The notes under the pieces are model-generated. The model saw only the letters and a program-made list of their open reading frames with translations. It was not told the origin of the DNA and ran no database searches. This document shows positions 50,152 to 62,106 of a DNA stretch of 64,000 nt, piece by piece; the first letter of the stretch is position 1, and every line of letters begins with the position of its first letter. Source of the DNA: Octopus sinensis (taxonomy: Eukaryota); the NCBI RefSeq assembly GCF_006345805.1, contig NC_042998.1, positions 68,634,001 to 68,698,000 on the forward strand. Direction: 5' to 3'. A program made the position numbers and the translations under genes.

Positions 50152-50745
50152 CTGTGTCTGTGTCTGTGTTTGTTCCCCCAACTTCGCTTGACAACCGATA
50201 CCATACCGGTGTGTTTACGTCTCCGACACTTAGCGGCTCGGCAAAAGAACCCAATAGAATAAGACTTACAAAGAATAAGTCCTGGGGTCGATTTGTTCGA
50301 CTAAAGGCGGTGCTCCAGCATGGCTGCAGTCAAATGACTGAAACAAATAAAAGAATAAAGAAAGAATAGTATTAAAAGAGTACTTTTATAATCCAGGCAA
50401 CTTTCAAAGACAAACACGGCGCACATTTTGCTTCGCAAAATCATTGATCGGTTCAGAATAATCAAGCTGAGAGCTAAGTTCATGTTCAATAGATATTATA
50501 GACAATCCACAAAGTCTGGTACACGTTCGTGGTACAATGTAATATTTTTATAAGAATTTTTGGAAGTACAATGTATTACCATTATATTTCATGAAATTTT
50601 CAGTTAACATAGTTTAATTCTTGTTCAACATCTTAACCGAAGTAAATAGATGACTCATCTACGTACTTTGATCTTAACATGGGGCCCCTCAACTGCGGAG
50701 CCCCCCTACGACCGCAGGGGTTGCAGGAGCTTAGCGACGGTCCTG
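49725..50745. mobile_element. Possible old hAT-like non-autonomous DNA element enclosing a SINE
   Basis: GC-rich inward-facing ends CAGGCGCGTCGAG...CCCCTGCAAC...GGGGCCCC and (reverse complement) CAGGACCGTCGCTAAG...CCTGCAACCCC...GGGGCCCC. No TSD found. Confidence 0.25.
49947..50368 (+). mobile_element. Family A SINE, full length
   Basis: AGGTGCAGGAGTGGCTGTGTGG...GGGTTCAGTCCCAC...GCAGTCAAATGACTGAAACAAATAAAAG. Confidence 0.85.
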
Positions 50746-51134
50746 ATCCGTAGGTAAAAAAAATGGTTGCGAACTACTGACGTAGAGGTTCCCTCGTTTT
50801 AGAAAAATGTTTGTAAATTTACTAAATCTTCCAACAGTACACGACCTTGAGCAGAAGCAGAAGCAGCAGCAGCAATAAGAAAGCACAGATTTACAGGTTG
50901 CTCATTCGAGACGATTAAACTGGAGTCATACCAATGGCCAACATTTTCGCATTAATTAATTGCTAATCCCAATAGCTTATCATATTTAATATATCCCAAT
51001 TGGAAACATATGTCAAAATGCTGTTCTGTGCAAATTTGGTGACAAATAATTATTTTAATAACTAAAAAATTCCAACACACACCGATATAGAGCCATGGGA
51101 ACTTTTAAAATGAAAAAAAAAATAACTTTCTTCC

Positions 51135-51165
<31 letters not shown>

Positions 51166-52204
51166 CCACTTTATTTTCTACATTTCCCCCCTTCTTCTGC
51201 TTCTTCTTTATCTTCTACTTCTCCCTCTTCTTGTTCACCTTTTCCTTTTTTCGTTTTCGTCTTCATCATTGACGTCGTCTTCTTTCTTCCTTTTCTCTCT
51301 TTCTGCTTATTCTTCTGCTTTTTCGCTCCTCATTCACTGCTTTCGCCCGCCTTCATTCTCTCTCTCTCCTCTCTCTCTCTCTCCTCTCTCTCTCTCTCCT
51401 CTTTCTCTCTCCCTCTCTTTCAAGAACAAATCTGCTATGGTCAAACATGGAGGTGGGTGGGTTTCACCAGATACAAAATGTTCAAGACACGCCCAATGTC
51501 CCGACTCCACCCCCACCATGACTATACCAGGAGTTAAGGGCCCAAGATAAGGTAAGACAAATGTATTCAATTCCAATTATGTTCGAGGACCCGATTTTGC
51601 TCCATTCTAGCCATGAGCAGATTTTTAAACTAGAAACTGTAATCTAACAAAACCACTCAGCAGTTTCACAGTGTTCCTGCTGATTGTAGCTGTAAACCTT
51701 ACAACCTGTTTATAGCTAAGTGTCTTGGCTATAGGCACTTGGTAATAGGCTCTTGATAATAGGCACTTGTCTGGGGAAATCATAACGCCGTAATAAGATT
51801 TTTGTTGTTGATTTTTTAATGGTTTTTTTAATTGGTGCAGTTTGGCCGAATGGTTAAGAAGTTCCCATGGCAACCACGAAGCCGCCGGTTCGATCACACG
51901 GAACAGCTTCTTGGTCAAGTGCTTTTAATATAATTTTGGGTTGAGCCAAGCCTTGTGTATGGAACTGAATAGAGTGGAAATTGTGCACAAGCCCACTGAG
52001 TTCATTGAAGATGTAAGTCAAAGGTTATATAAATCTGCTAAATCACAGTGTCTCTATGGCAAGAAATCATTAGCTGCTCTTAATTAAATCCTGTAATTAT
52101 TAAATGATATTTATCTCTCACTGGATGGAGTACTTTTTTGTTGACCCTACCTTAACGGAACAGTAAACTACATGCACACGCATCGCATATATGTAAATAT
52201 ATAT

Positions 52205-52245
<41 letters not shown>

Positions 52246-52270
52246 GTATGTATATATATATATATAGTAT

Positions 52271-52309
<39 letters not shown>

Positions 52310-52443
52310 CGCTGGTATTTATAGAGTGTTAAACACTTTCGGTATGCAAATTAGGGACTCATTCATAGACGACTGCTGCATTTATTGAGTATACAAGCAG
52401 TTCGGCTGCTTGTTTCTCTAGAGACTGTCAGAATAATGTAGAC

Positions 52444-52486
52444 GCCTCTGAGGAGAACCCAATAAGGTCCGAAAATCGATTAAGGC
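52444..52486 (+). ncRNA. Minimal type I hammerhead ribozyme
   Basis: GCCT-CTGAGGA-GAACC-CAATAA-GGTCC-GAAA-ATCGAT-TA-AGGC: canonical core, AATCGATT palindrome, 4-bp stem I, one mismatch in stem II. Confidence 0.65.
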
Positions 52487-52521
52487 TTTTCATCATTTTT
52501 CTCAATCTAAAGCGAAGTGGC

Positions 52522-52606
52522 TAAAATTTGCCCCCGTTCATAATTATACCATATGCTACATATATATATATGTAGCATATGGTATAATTATGAACAGGGC
52601 AAATTT

Positions 52607-52608
<2 letters not shown>
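52522..52608. repeat. Near-perfect ~87-bp palindrome centred on (TA)n
   Basis: TAAAATTTGCCCCCGTTCATAATTATACCATATGCTACATATA / TATATGTAGCATATGGTATAATTATGAACAGGGCAAATTTTA. Confidence 0.9.
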
Positions 52609-52653
<45 letters not shown>

Positions 52654-52659
52654 TATATA

Positions 52660-52892
<233 letters not shown>

Positions 52893-53411
52893 GCAGGGCT
52901 TGTTGTATACATAGGCATACATAATTAAAATGAGATTCGTTTTCATTTCTTAAATCGTCAACATCAATGCGGTTTGTAATTTTTGTTTATGTAACCACAA
53001 GCTTCCTCTATAAGCCATCACAACAGGAATAAAATATGCCCAGAAAAGCAGTCGATCACACAGTGGTTCCATTATTAGTTCGTTAATTGCTTGTAGTGCC
53101 TCAGGGGTCAGCACAGAAGGCTCTGGATTCCGGTGGCCTTGTCCCCGGAAATGATTAATTATAACAATAATACCGTATAGTTATGATAACAAGGTTAAAA
53201 GGTTGTGAGCTGTATAAGAACGAGATGAAAGAAGCCAAGGTAATTCTTATGAATAATTATAGTTTAGGAGTTTGTCATTGGTTTAGTGTAAAGTATGAGA
53301 AAAAGAGAAACAGTGAGAAAGAGGATGAATATACGTGGGGAGGGGTGTGTATGTGTGTTTGTGTGCGTGTGTGTGTGTGCGTTGTATGTATACCATACGA
53401 TTTATTACCTA

Positions 53412-53444
<33 letters not shown>

Positions 53445-53700
53445 TACGCATGTATGTATGAATGAATGTATGTAAATATATATATATATATACACATGCA
53501 CACGCACTCATGTGTGCATATATTTATATATGTATGTATGTCTATATATACATATATAAGTATATTTTGTGTGTGTGTGTGTGCTGTGAAAATTCTTAAT
53601 TCTCACGAAACGCAATGATAAAAACACTTAACACTTCTCGGAAGGAGTCACTTAGCTCATCTAGTGACGTAGAAATACCCTGTCACGTGATCAAGTTTAG

Positions 53701-54002
53701 ATCATCAAAGATTCTTCCGATTATAACAAAAACAAAGGAAAATTACTAAACTATAACGACAAAGAATTCCACAAAATGGAAGTTGCTAAAAATCCTTGTG
53801 AGAATTACCAAACTTTTCTGTCCAATATTCCATTATCTGTTTTCCAAGACGCTGTTAAAACCAGAAAGGATTCTTTAACGAAATGCTTAACCAAAGCACA
53901 TAAAACCGATAGAAGATTAAAGGCACGTCTTTTGTTATTTCTGACGTCAATTTGGAATCTCATAAAGTCCAAACCTGGGATTAAGTCGAAATACGGGATT
54001 AG
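53701..54002 (+). other. Candidate unannotated exon (open 100-codon frame between AG and GTGAGT)
   Basis: tttag|ATCATC...GGGATTAG|gtgagt; non-repetitive peptide IIKDSSDYNKNKGKLL...KSKYGIR. No homolog recognised; weak pyrimidine tract. Confidence 0.2.
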
Positions 54003-54399
54003 GTGAGTTAGAATCATATGTAACATATGAACTTTCACACACACACACACATGCACACGCATGCACACACACACATGTACACATACATACACATGCACAT
54101 ACACACACACACACGCACACGCACACACACACACACACACCACACACACGTTGATAATACTGAGCTCAGTGGGGATTCGGTGTCTGCCTGTGATGGTTGA
54201 GATAATCCTTTATAAGTGAACATTGAAAGTTCCAATCAATCTCAATATTAACAAAGAGTTTTAATCATGTCGGTGCTCCAGCAAGGCCACAACCTTTGGG
54301 CAGGAACAATACTTATTGAGTGTATAAAGTCTCAGTAAGTTTTTTCTGATCAACAACACCAAATAATTCTCGCGTACACACGCACGCGTAAACAAATAC

Positions 54400-54449
<50 letters not shown>

Positions 54450-54451
<2 letters not shown>

Positions 54452-54612
54452 CGGGCTTCTTTCAGTTTCCATCTACCAAATCCACTCACAAGGCTTTGGT
54501 CGGCCCGAGGCTATAGTAGAAGACACTTGTCCAAGGTGCCACGCAGTAGGACTGAACCTGGAACCATGTGGTTGGTTAGCAAGCTACTTACCACACAGCC
54601 ACTCCTGCGCCT
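54450..54612 (-). mobile_element. Family A SINE, 5' half up to the microsatellite
   Basis: Plus strand GACGGGCTTCTTTCAG...CACAGCCACTCCTGCGCCT, very close to the 80-503 copy. Confidence 0.85.
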
Positions 54613-54859
54613 ATATAAAGCATAAATTTCAACGATAGGTCATAAATAAGATACTGTCAACAGTTGTTTCATTAAGAATGAGCATCGTTAATTCTATAAT
54701 TACGTAATTGCTATTGATTCATAATTAATGTAAATTAATCTAAATTTATATAAATTCAATGCAAGTCAGGTGGAAGGAATTATATGCATGAGTGCGTATG
54801 TATGCATGTGTGTATACATTTATATGTTTGTGTGTATAGATAAATATGTATGCATGTAT

Positions 54860-55910
54860 AAACGCACACAAATCGTTTGTGGTTCTCCTTTGATATTCTC
54901 TGCTGCAGACCATTAATGTCTGCACTGTTGTGTATACTTTTTCCGAAGATTTTGACAGGAATATTACACTCGTATTCCTCCATTTTATATGCGGATATAC
55001 CCTCCACATCACTGAAGCGTTTTGTATTCTATTTCCTCTTCAGCACTTTCCTTTCTACGGATTACTTCGGAATCTATGATAACATCGTGGTGATATTTTA
55101 AGGATAGCTTGATTATGATGCGGGTCACATCTTGGTAGTTAGCATCTCTCTCTATGTTACTAAACTTATTTTGTGCGTAAGGTATTTTTGTTTACGAATT
55201 ATTTATATGTTCTTGCATCAGGAATCCTCGTTAAGATATACATAATTCCAAATGAGTTCGTTTATATCTTGTCACTCTAATAATGATGGTATAATGTTGA
55301 AAGAGTATTTTAGCAACAGGATTCGCAAATTCTTCAACAGAGATGTCCGAAGATGTCTTTTTCCCTCTGTGTTTTTCTTACCATATCGATGTCAAGTAGG
55401 GAATTGACTTTCACAGTAGAACATGTTTTTATTTCATGGTTCCAGACAACAATAACAGGCTGGTTGTATTTTAATTTTAGTTCCCTAATTTATATTTAGG
55501 TTCCATAAATATCCTTTTGATTCATGGGTCTCACCATATTTCTCTGGTTATTTTGCTTCTTCACTTCATTCTAAATTGTTCTGGCTATTTCATCGTATCT
55601 CCTGAAAAGATAGTATCTAAAGGAACTGTCTTTTTTCTGCCTGCCGGAGATGTTACTTCTATTTTACAATACAGTTCTCGTACGATGCTAAGACAGATTT
55701 TAGATCAAGGCCTTCTGGGTGGATAATGTATGATGTCTCAGTTGATTTGTTTGTAATGTACCCTGAGAAATAAAATAGTGGATCAACTCTTGGTTTGGTG
55801 TTCAATAATAGCAACCAGTTGCTGTGTAACTCTTCTTAACTCTAACTCTTTGATAATTCGTCACGTGATTCTCAACTGTTTTTTCCTGCTTCAATCTGTT
55901 GGTTAATAAC
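54860..55910 (-). mobile_element. Highly degraded LINE coding remnant, possibly the R4/Dong pre-RT region
   Basis: A-rich minus strand with peptide traces (IFGKSIHNSAD, RYDEIARTI) reminiscent of the region upstream of RT in R4-type ORFs. Weak. Confidence 0.3.
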
Positions 55911-55989
55911 TGCTGCGCACGGCCCCATGCTTCCTTCTTTCTCCTAACTTGAATTTATAACTATTGTGTACGTATGTCTGTGTATATAT

Positions 55990-56037
55990 GTGTGTGTGTG
56001 AGAGAGAGAGAGAGAGTGTGTGTGTGAGAGAGAGAGA

Positions 56038-56072
<35 letters not shown>

Positions 56073-56212
56073 TGTGTGTGAGAGAGTGTGTGTGAGAGAG
56101 AGTGTGTGTGTGAGAGAGAGTGTGTGTGAGAGAGAGTGTGTGTGAGAGAGAGTGTGTGTGAGAGAGAGTGTGTGTGAGAGAGAGTGTGTGTGAGAGAGAG
56201 TGTGTGTGTGTA
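55990..56212. repeat. (GAGAGAGTGTGTGT)n-type 14-bp compound minisatellite
   Basis: Direct inspection; the source of the SLTHT-repeat ORFs. Confidence 0.9.
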
Positions 56213-57059
56213 TGCATATATGAATGTAAGTATATATATGCATGTATATGTATGTGTGTATGTATGTACATATATACATATGGACATATATGTGTGTGTG
56301 TGTGTGTGTTGGTATGTATGAATGTTCTTTTGGTTTTGTTGTTAAAATTTTTCATCAATAGAGAAAGAACCAGTTTCTAACCGAGAAACAGGTTTTTCAC
56401 CGGAATTTAGACATCAGCAACTATGCGGTTATATGCGTTGCGTGTATTTATGTATCTGTTTATGAACGGATGGACAGAGAGACAGACAAACGGACAGACG
56501 GACGGACAAACGGACGGATGATGAATAGAAAGAAGGATGTGTGCATAATTCTATTTATGTATAAGTATTAATGTATGAATTCATACATAATATGTATGAA
56601 GATAGCGATGCAGATAAACACGACTAGGCTTGAATACTTACATATATACACATAGATAGCACATATGTGCAAGCATGTAGATGTTTATATATATCTATGT
56701 GCTTGTAGATATTTGTATGCTTTGGCACATATGTGTGTATATATATACGTATATTGTATGTCTACACGTGTGTATATGCAATTACTACAAGCCAAACTTT
56801 GGGAATGTTTTACAAGTTTTACATATTTCCACAGTTCCACCAATACCGCGTAATTGCAATTTCCTAATCAACCGAGTTTTTCTAGTTTAGTAAACCCCTC
56901 TCGCTGCTATACCAGTTAGTTACATATTCATCATCCCCAATAATTACAGGTATTCATCTAAAGCTATAGTTCAGTTGGATCATCGATAGATTTCTCATTA
57001 GTTCGACAGAGAAATTTTTTTCCACTAGTATTTAACATTATATCGTTAACATGTTACTA

Positions 57060-57170
57060 ACTCTGCTGAGGTCGATGTTTACCTTTTATCCTTTTGGGGT
57101 CGATAAAATAAGTACCAGTTGAACATTGGGGTCGATTTTATCTCCCGAAATTGTTGGCTATGTGTCAAAA
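57060..57170 (+). mobile_element. Diverged family B SINE fragment
   Basis: CTGAGGTCGATGTTTACCTTTTATCCTTTTGGGGTCGATAAAATAAGTACCAG. Confidence 0.65.
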
Positions 57171-57367
57171 TTTAAAATCAATATTTTACTAATTACTTTT
57201 ATAGGTAATAAGTATATTCATACACGTGTATATATGTATGTAGTGGTCTCTCTCTATATATATATGCTTATATTTATGATATATATATTTATAATATTTC
57301 TTTATCATCACTATATCCTTTCTATCACTGATATATAATGATATATAAATATGTGTATGTATGCCAC

Positions 57368-57701
57368 CTAAATTTGGCTAACCCTTAAGGGTTTTTGCTA
57401 CTGTAGCTTGTAGCCCCAGGAAGATATCTCCTCCAGCTGGCTATTGACACACTATCTGTGCCCTGTCAGTATTTGCAAAGAGAAGTCGTCGTTCCCATCG
57501 CCAACCGTGGTTGTCACACGCTGATGACGGGTCAATACCCAGAAACTCGGGTCCGTGTTCCAATCTGGAGTTGAGAACGATGACTTCCCTTTGCAAATAT
57601 TGATAAGGTACAGATAGTGTGTCAATAGCCAACTGGAGAAAATGTCTTCCTGGGGCTACGAACTACAGTAGCATCGACCATTAAGGGTTAGCCACATTTA
57701 G
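57368..57701. mobile_element. Fold-back element: two ~130-bp inverted arms (57368-57497, 57572-57701) around a 74-nt loop containing a hammerhead
   Basis: Left arm CTAAATTTGGCTAACCCTTAAGGG...CCCCAGGAAGA...GGCTATTGACACACTATCTGT...TTTGCAAAG aligns without gaps to the reverse complement of the right arm. Confidence 0.85.
57516..57558 (+). ncRNA. Minimal type I hammerhead ribozyme
   Basis: ACACG-CTGATGA-C-GGGT-CAAT-ACCC-A-GAAA-CTCGGG-TC-CGTGT: 5-bp stem I, 4-bp stem II, near-palindromic ACTCGGGT, GUC triplet. Confidence 0.7.
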
Positions 57702-57911
57702 TCTTCGTTCCTTTGTAGTGAAGTCTACTCTTAGAAGATTGCCATAAAATACCTCGTTTGCTGTATAGAACTGTCATTTCATGTTAAACACAGCTCACAC
57801 AAGTTCTGTGAATGTTCCATCCTGTTTTCTTTCTAGCGCCTTACTTGGAGTCCATGTAGTGAAGACGTATAAGCGCTATACATACACATACATACACACA
57901 CACACACAGAC

Positions 57912-57997
<86 letters not shown>

Positions 57998-58476
57998 GTT
58001 TCTCTATTGGCCACACAGGGCTGCACACGGATTGGACAAATTACAAGGTAGAGCTTTTCTTTTGGGGGATGAAAAAAAAGAAGTGGGGTAGGTTTTCGAT
58101 CAAAAGAAAGAAAAAAAGAAAAAAGAAAAAAAAGAAAAAAAGGATAGATAGATAGATAGATAGATAGATAGCACACACACACACACACATACACACATAT
58201 TCACACACACACGCGCGCTCATTGACATCTATGTCTTCACTTATATATACAGAAACGGAAATATGTAAAATTACATTCATTTTAATCATTAACAAAAGTA
58301 ATTAGTAAAATTTTAATGAATTCTGTTGAATTGGCAAAAAAATAAAAATGTCAATTTTTGTCGAGGAAAATGTTAACAACGATTGAGTATAAATTTACAT
58401 GTGTAGAGCATCTGTTTTCTATATCAAGGGTGTATATATGTATCTGTGTCTGCTTCCGTGTGGATGTAACAGTATA

Positions 58477-58479
<3 letters not shown>

Positions 58480-58514
<35 letters not shown>

Positions 58515-58870
58515 CGCGTGTCTATATGCAATCCACGTGTACAAGCCGTATATGTGTGTGTTTCGGTGTGTCTGTGTGTATGCGTGCATATGTGTGTGTG
58601 CGCGCGCTGCGCGTGTGCGTATGTGTGTGTGTGTGAGTGTCTATATGTAATCTACGTGTGCAAGCCGTATATGTGTGTGTGTTTCCGTGTGTCTGTGTAT
58701 ATGCGTGCGTGCGTGTGCGTGAGTGTGTGTGCGCGCGCCGCGCGTGTGCGCATGTGTGTACGCACCGCGCGTGTACGTGTGTGTGTGTCTATATGCAATC
58801 CATGTGTGCAAGCCGTATATGTGTGTGAGTGTATATGTGTGTGCGTGTATGTGTGTGTATGAGTGTAAAT
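58480..58870. repeat. Higher-order repeat built on alternating purine-pyrimidine tracts (3 units)
   Basis: Anchor GTCTATATGYAATCYAYGTGTRCAAGCCGTATATGTG at 58520, 58639 and 58787. Confidence 0.8.
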
Positions 58871-59199
58871 ATGTGTATGTGTATGCATTTATTATGTATT
58901 AGACATTTACTACATACTACGTACGTACGTACATACATACATACCTACATACATACATCACGAATACATACATACATACATAATACACACATACATAATA
59001 CATACAACATTATATATATATAGTTGGCAATTTACAAAGATAAAGACGAAGACTGTATGTAAACCACAAACAGTGTATTAGTTTTAACGCTCGGGAAGGT
59101 GAGAAAGTTTTTATTTCGAGCCTACGTCTTCAACAGAACGGAACACGAGAAAATAAACAGAGAGAATAAAAAAAGAAAGCTTTACGAGCTAGCGGTCAG

Positions 59200-59230
<31 letters not shown>

Positions 59231-59246
59231 TGTATGTATGTATGTA

Positions 59247-59548
59247 TATCAACTGTATCAACGCCAATGCTAAGTGAGACAACATGTGTGGTGTGCAAAA
59301 AGATCTTCAAATCAATACCTGGTCTTAAAAGGCATATGGGTGTACATGAGATGACATCCCACAAGTTGACCCAATAAATCCAATAGAGGACCCATCTTTT
59401 GCCTGTCATGTTTGCTGCAGACAGTGCAAATCTAATCCTGGACTTAAAAACCATCTAAGGAGTCAAGGCCGGACGTTTAGAGCTGATTATAGTTGATGGG
59501 GTTACATGGGTAGACAGCAATCATCTGCAAAGATGAAGCAATCACCAT
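59247..59548 (+). mobile_element. Decayed tandem C2H2 zinc-finger-coding fragment, probably the 3' end of an RTE-type LINE
   Basis: CVVCKKIFKSIPGLKRHMGVH, then in another frame CHVCCRQCKSNPGLKNHLRSQ; (TATG)n at the 5' side and a short TATG run at the 3' side; a related fragment lies at 63662-63808. Confidence 0.45.
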
Positions 59549-59713
59549 GTATGTATCTTTTTTTGCAATATTCATTTTTGCTTGCAATAGCCGGTTCTTT
59601 TGGTCAAACTATCGTATCTCCAGCTACTTCAGATTTAGATAACAAAAATTGTCGAAGTGTAGTACAACGGTTTTGTTATGGAATGGTTACGACACTTTTG
59701 TATAATAGCAATG

Positions 59714-59784
<71 letters not shown>

Positions 59785-60084
59785 TATATATATATTTATA
59801 TATATATATATAATTAAAAAGTAATAATTATACATGACGGAGGATATATATACATACATATAACACAGTCAATATGTGAGAGCTAGAAATGGTCGCAATA
59901 GAAAACATGTAGTGGTGTTCAATGAATTTGAACTTAAACTCTGAATTGTTCATCGAGGAGTTCAGCGTGTTATCAGAGAAATCCAAGGTGCCATGATATG
60001 AAGGTAGATAAACTCAGTTAAGCTAGACACACACACATATGTGTATGTATGTATGTATGTATGTATGTATGTATGTATAAATAT

Positions 60085-60442
60085 ATCGTGCCACTCCGTT
60101 GGCTACGACGACGAGGGTTCCAGTTGATCAGATTAAAAGAACAGCCTGAGCACTCCACAGACAGGTGTACTCTTAACGTAGTTCTCGGGGAGATTCAGCG
60201 TGACACAGAGTGTGACAAGGCTGGCGCTTTGAAATACAGGTACAACGGAAATAAGAAGAAAGAGTGAGAGAAAGTTGTGGTGAAAAAGTACAGCGGGGTT
60301 CGCCACCAACCCTGCCGGAACCTCGTGGAGCTTTAGGTGTTTTTGCTCAACAATCACTCACAACGCCCGATCTGGGAATCGAAACCACGTTCTCACGACC
60401 GCGTGTCTGCTGCCCTAACTACTGGGCTATTGCACCTCCACA
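60085..60442 (-). mobile_element. Chimeric SINE: family F head/body joined to family C 3' module
   Basis: 60247-60442 aligns with 33438-33610; 60085-60246 aligns with 16318-16500. Confidence 0.75.
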
Positions 60443-60486
<44 letters not shown>

Positions 60487-60556
60487 CACACACACACACA
60501 CACACACAAACACAACACACACACATATATATATATGTATATAGTTCAGTTATAAT

Positions 60557-60957
60557 CCTTTCTGATGGAAGCACAAGGCCTCAAGTTTTGGGGAAGTGAT
60601 TAAATCGATTACATCGACCCCAGTGCCTAACTAGTACTTATTTAACCGACCCCGAAAGGATGACAGGCAAAGTCGACCTCGTGGGAATTCGAAATCAGAA
60701 TGTAGCGGCAGACGAAATACCTATTTCTTTACTACCCACATGGGGCTAAACACAGAGAGGACAAACAAGGACAGACAAACGGATTAAGTCGATTATATCG
60801 ACCTCTGTGCGTAACTGGTACTTATTTAATCGAGCCCGAAAGGATGACAGGCAAAGTCGACCTCGGCGGAATTTAAACTCAGAACGTAACGGCAGACGAA
60901 ATACCACTAAGCATTTCGCCCGGCGTGCTAACGTTTCTGCCAGCTCACCGCCTTATT
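60557..60957 (-). mobile_element. Family B SINE dimer with 12-bp TSD
   Basis: One head plus two modules; TTCAGTTATAAT at 60545-60556 and 60958-60969. Confidence 0.85.
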
Positions 60958-61032
60958 TTCAGTTATAATAAAAACAACTTTACATTGATCTGATGGGTCA
61001 CTCTATACTTTTGTAGAGTACAAACTTATACA

Positions 61033-61149
61033 AGAATGTTGCTGATAGTGACTTCGAAGTTTCAGCCAGCTAAGCCTTAGTCCAAAGATGGCTTATAATT
61101 CGAATCTTTCAGCAGGCTGAAACGTCGAAGTCACTGTCAACAACATTCT
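61033..61149. repeat. Inverted repeat, 35-bp arms (3 mismatches), 47-nt spacer
   Basis: AGAATGTTGCTGATAGTGACTTCGAAGTTTCAGCC versus reverse complement of GGCTGAAACGTCGAAGTCACTGTCAACAACATTCT. Confidence 0.85.
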
Positions 61150-61162
61150 ATCTTAAGAATAC

Positions 61163-61324
61163 AGGCACAGGAGTGGCCGTGTAGTTAGTAGCTTGCTTAC
61201 CAACCACATGGTTCTGGGTTCAGTCCCACTGCGTGGCAACTTCGGCAAGTGTCTTCTACTATAACTCGGGCCGACCAAAGGCTTGTGGGTGGATTTGGTA
61301 GACGGAAACTAAAAGAAGATCGTC

Positions 61325-61368
<44 letters not shown>

Positions 61369-61578
61369 ATTTGTGTGTTTGTGTTTGTGTCCCAACTTCG
61401 TTTGACAACCGATGCTGGTGTGTTTAGGTCCCCGTAACTTACCGGTTCGGCAAAGAGACCGATAGAATAAGTATTAGGCTTACAAAGAATAAGTCCTGGG
61501 GTTGATTTCTTCGACTAAAGGCGGTGCTCCAGCATGGCCACAGTCAAATGACTGAAACAAGTAAAAGAGTAAAAGAGT
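61163..61578 (+). mobile_element. Family A SINE, full length
   Basis: AGGCACAGGAGTGGCCGTGTAG...GGGTTCAGTCCCAC...GTAAAAGAGTAAAAGAG. Confidence 0.85.
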
Positions 61579-62106
61579 ATACATACATATATATATTATA
61601 TATAAACACACACACAAATAGATGCATACATATAAACATACGAACATGTAGTCGTCGGGTTTCCGTTGTAGTAACAGAAGTTCTCCTCCTTCCCGCCCTC
61701 ACCATTTCTTACAGTCATAAGCATTACGCATCCAATTAATACCTTTTTTTATGACTAATACCAACCACAACATTCGCTTCCCATGTCTGCTGCTGTGACC
61801 ATCACTTGATACTTTATATAAACATGCATATACATGCTTACATATATGCATATATGCAAATATACACATACATACATATATACATAAATGCCTGTAAATA
61901 TATATTCGTTCGCAGTAGATGCTCCTATATATAATATATGTGTGTGTATATATATATGATTAAATAATAAGGGTAGAAATTAATATTAATCAATTAAAAC
62001 CAGTGGCTTAGCATATTTGAAAAATCCGAAGAATAAAAATTGTGTTACATACAAAATTAAGAGGAATGACCACTAAAGTGGACACCTAATATGCTAAACA
62101 TAGATG

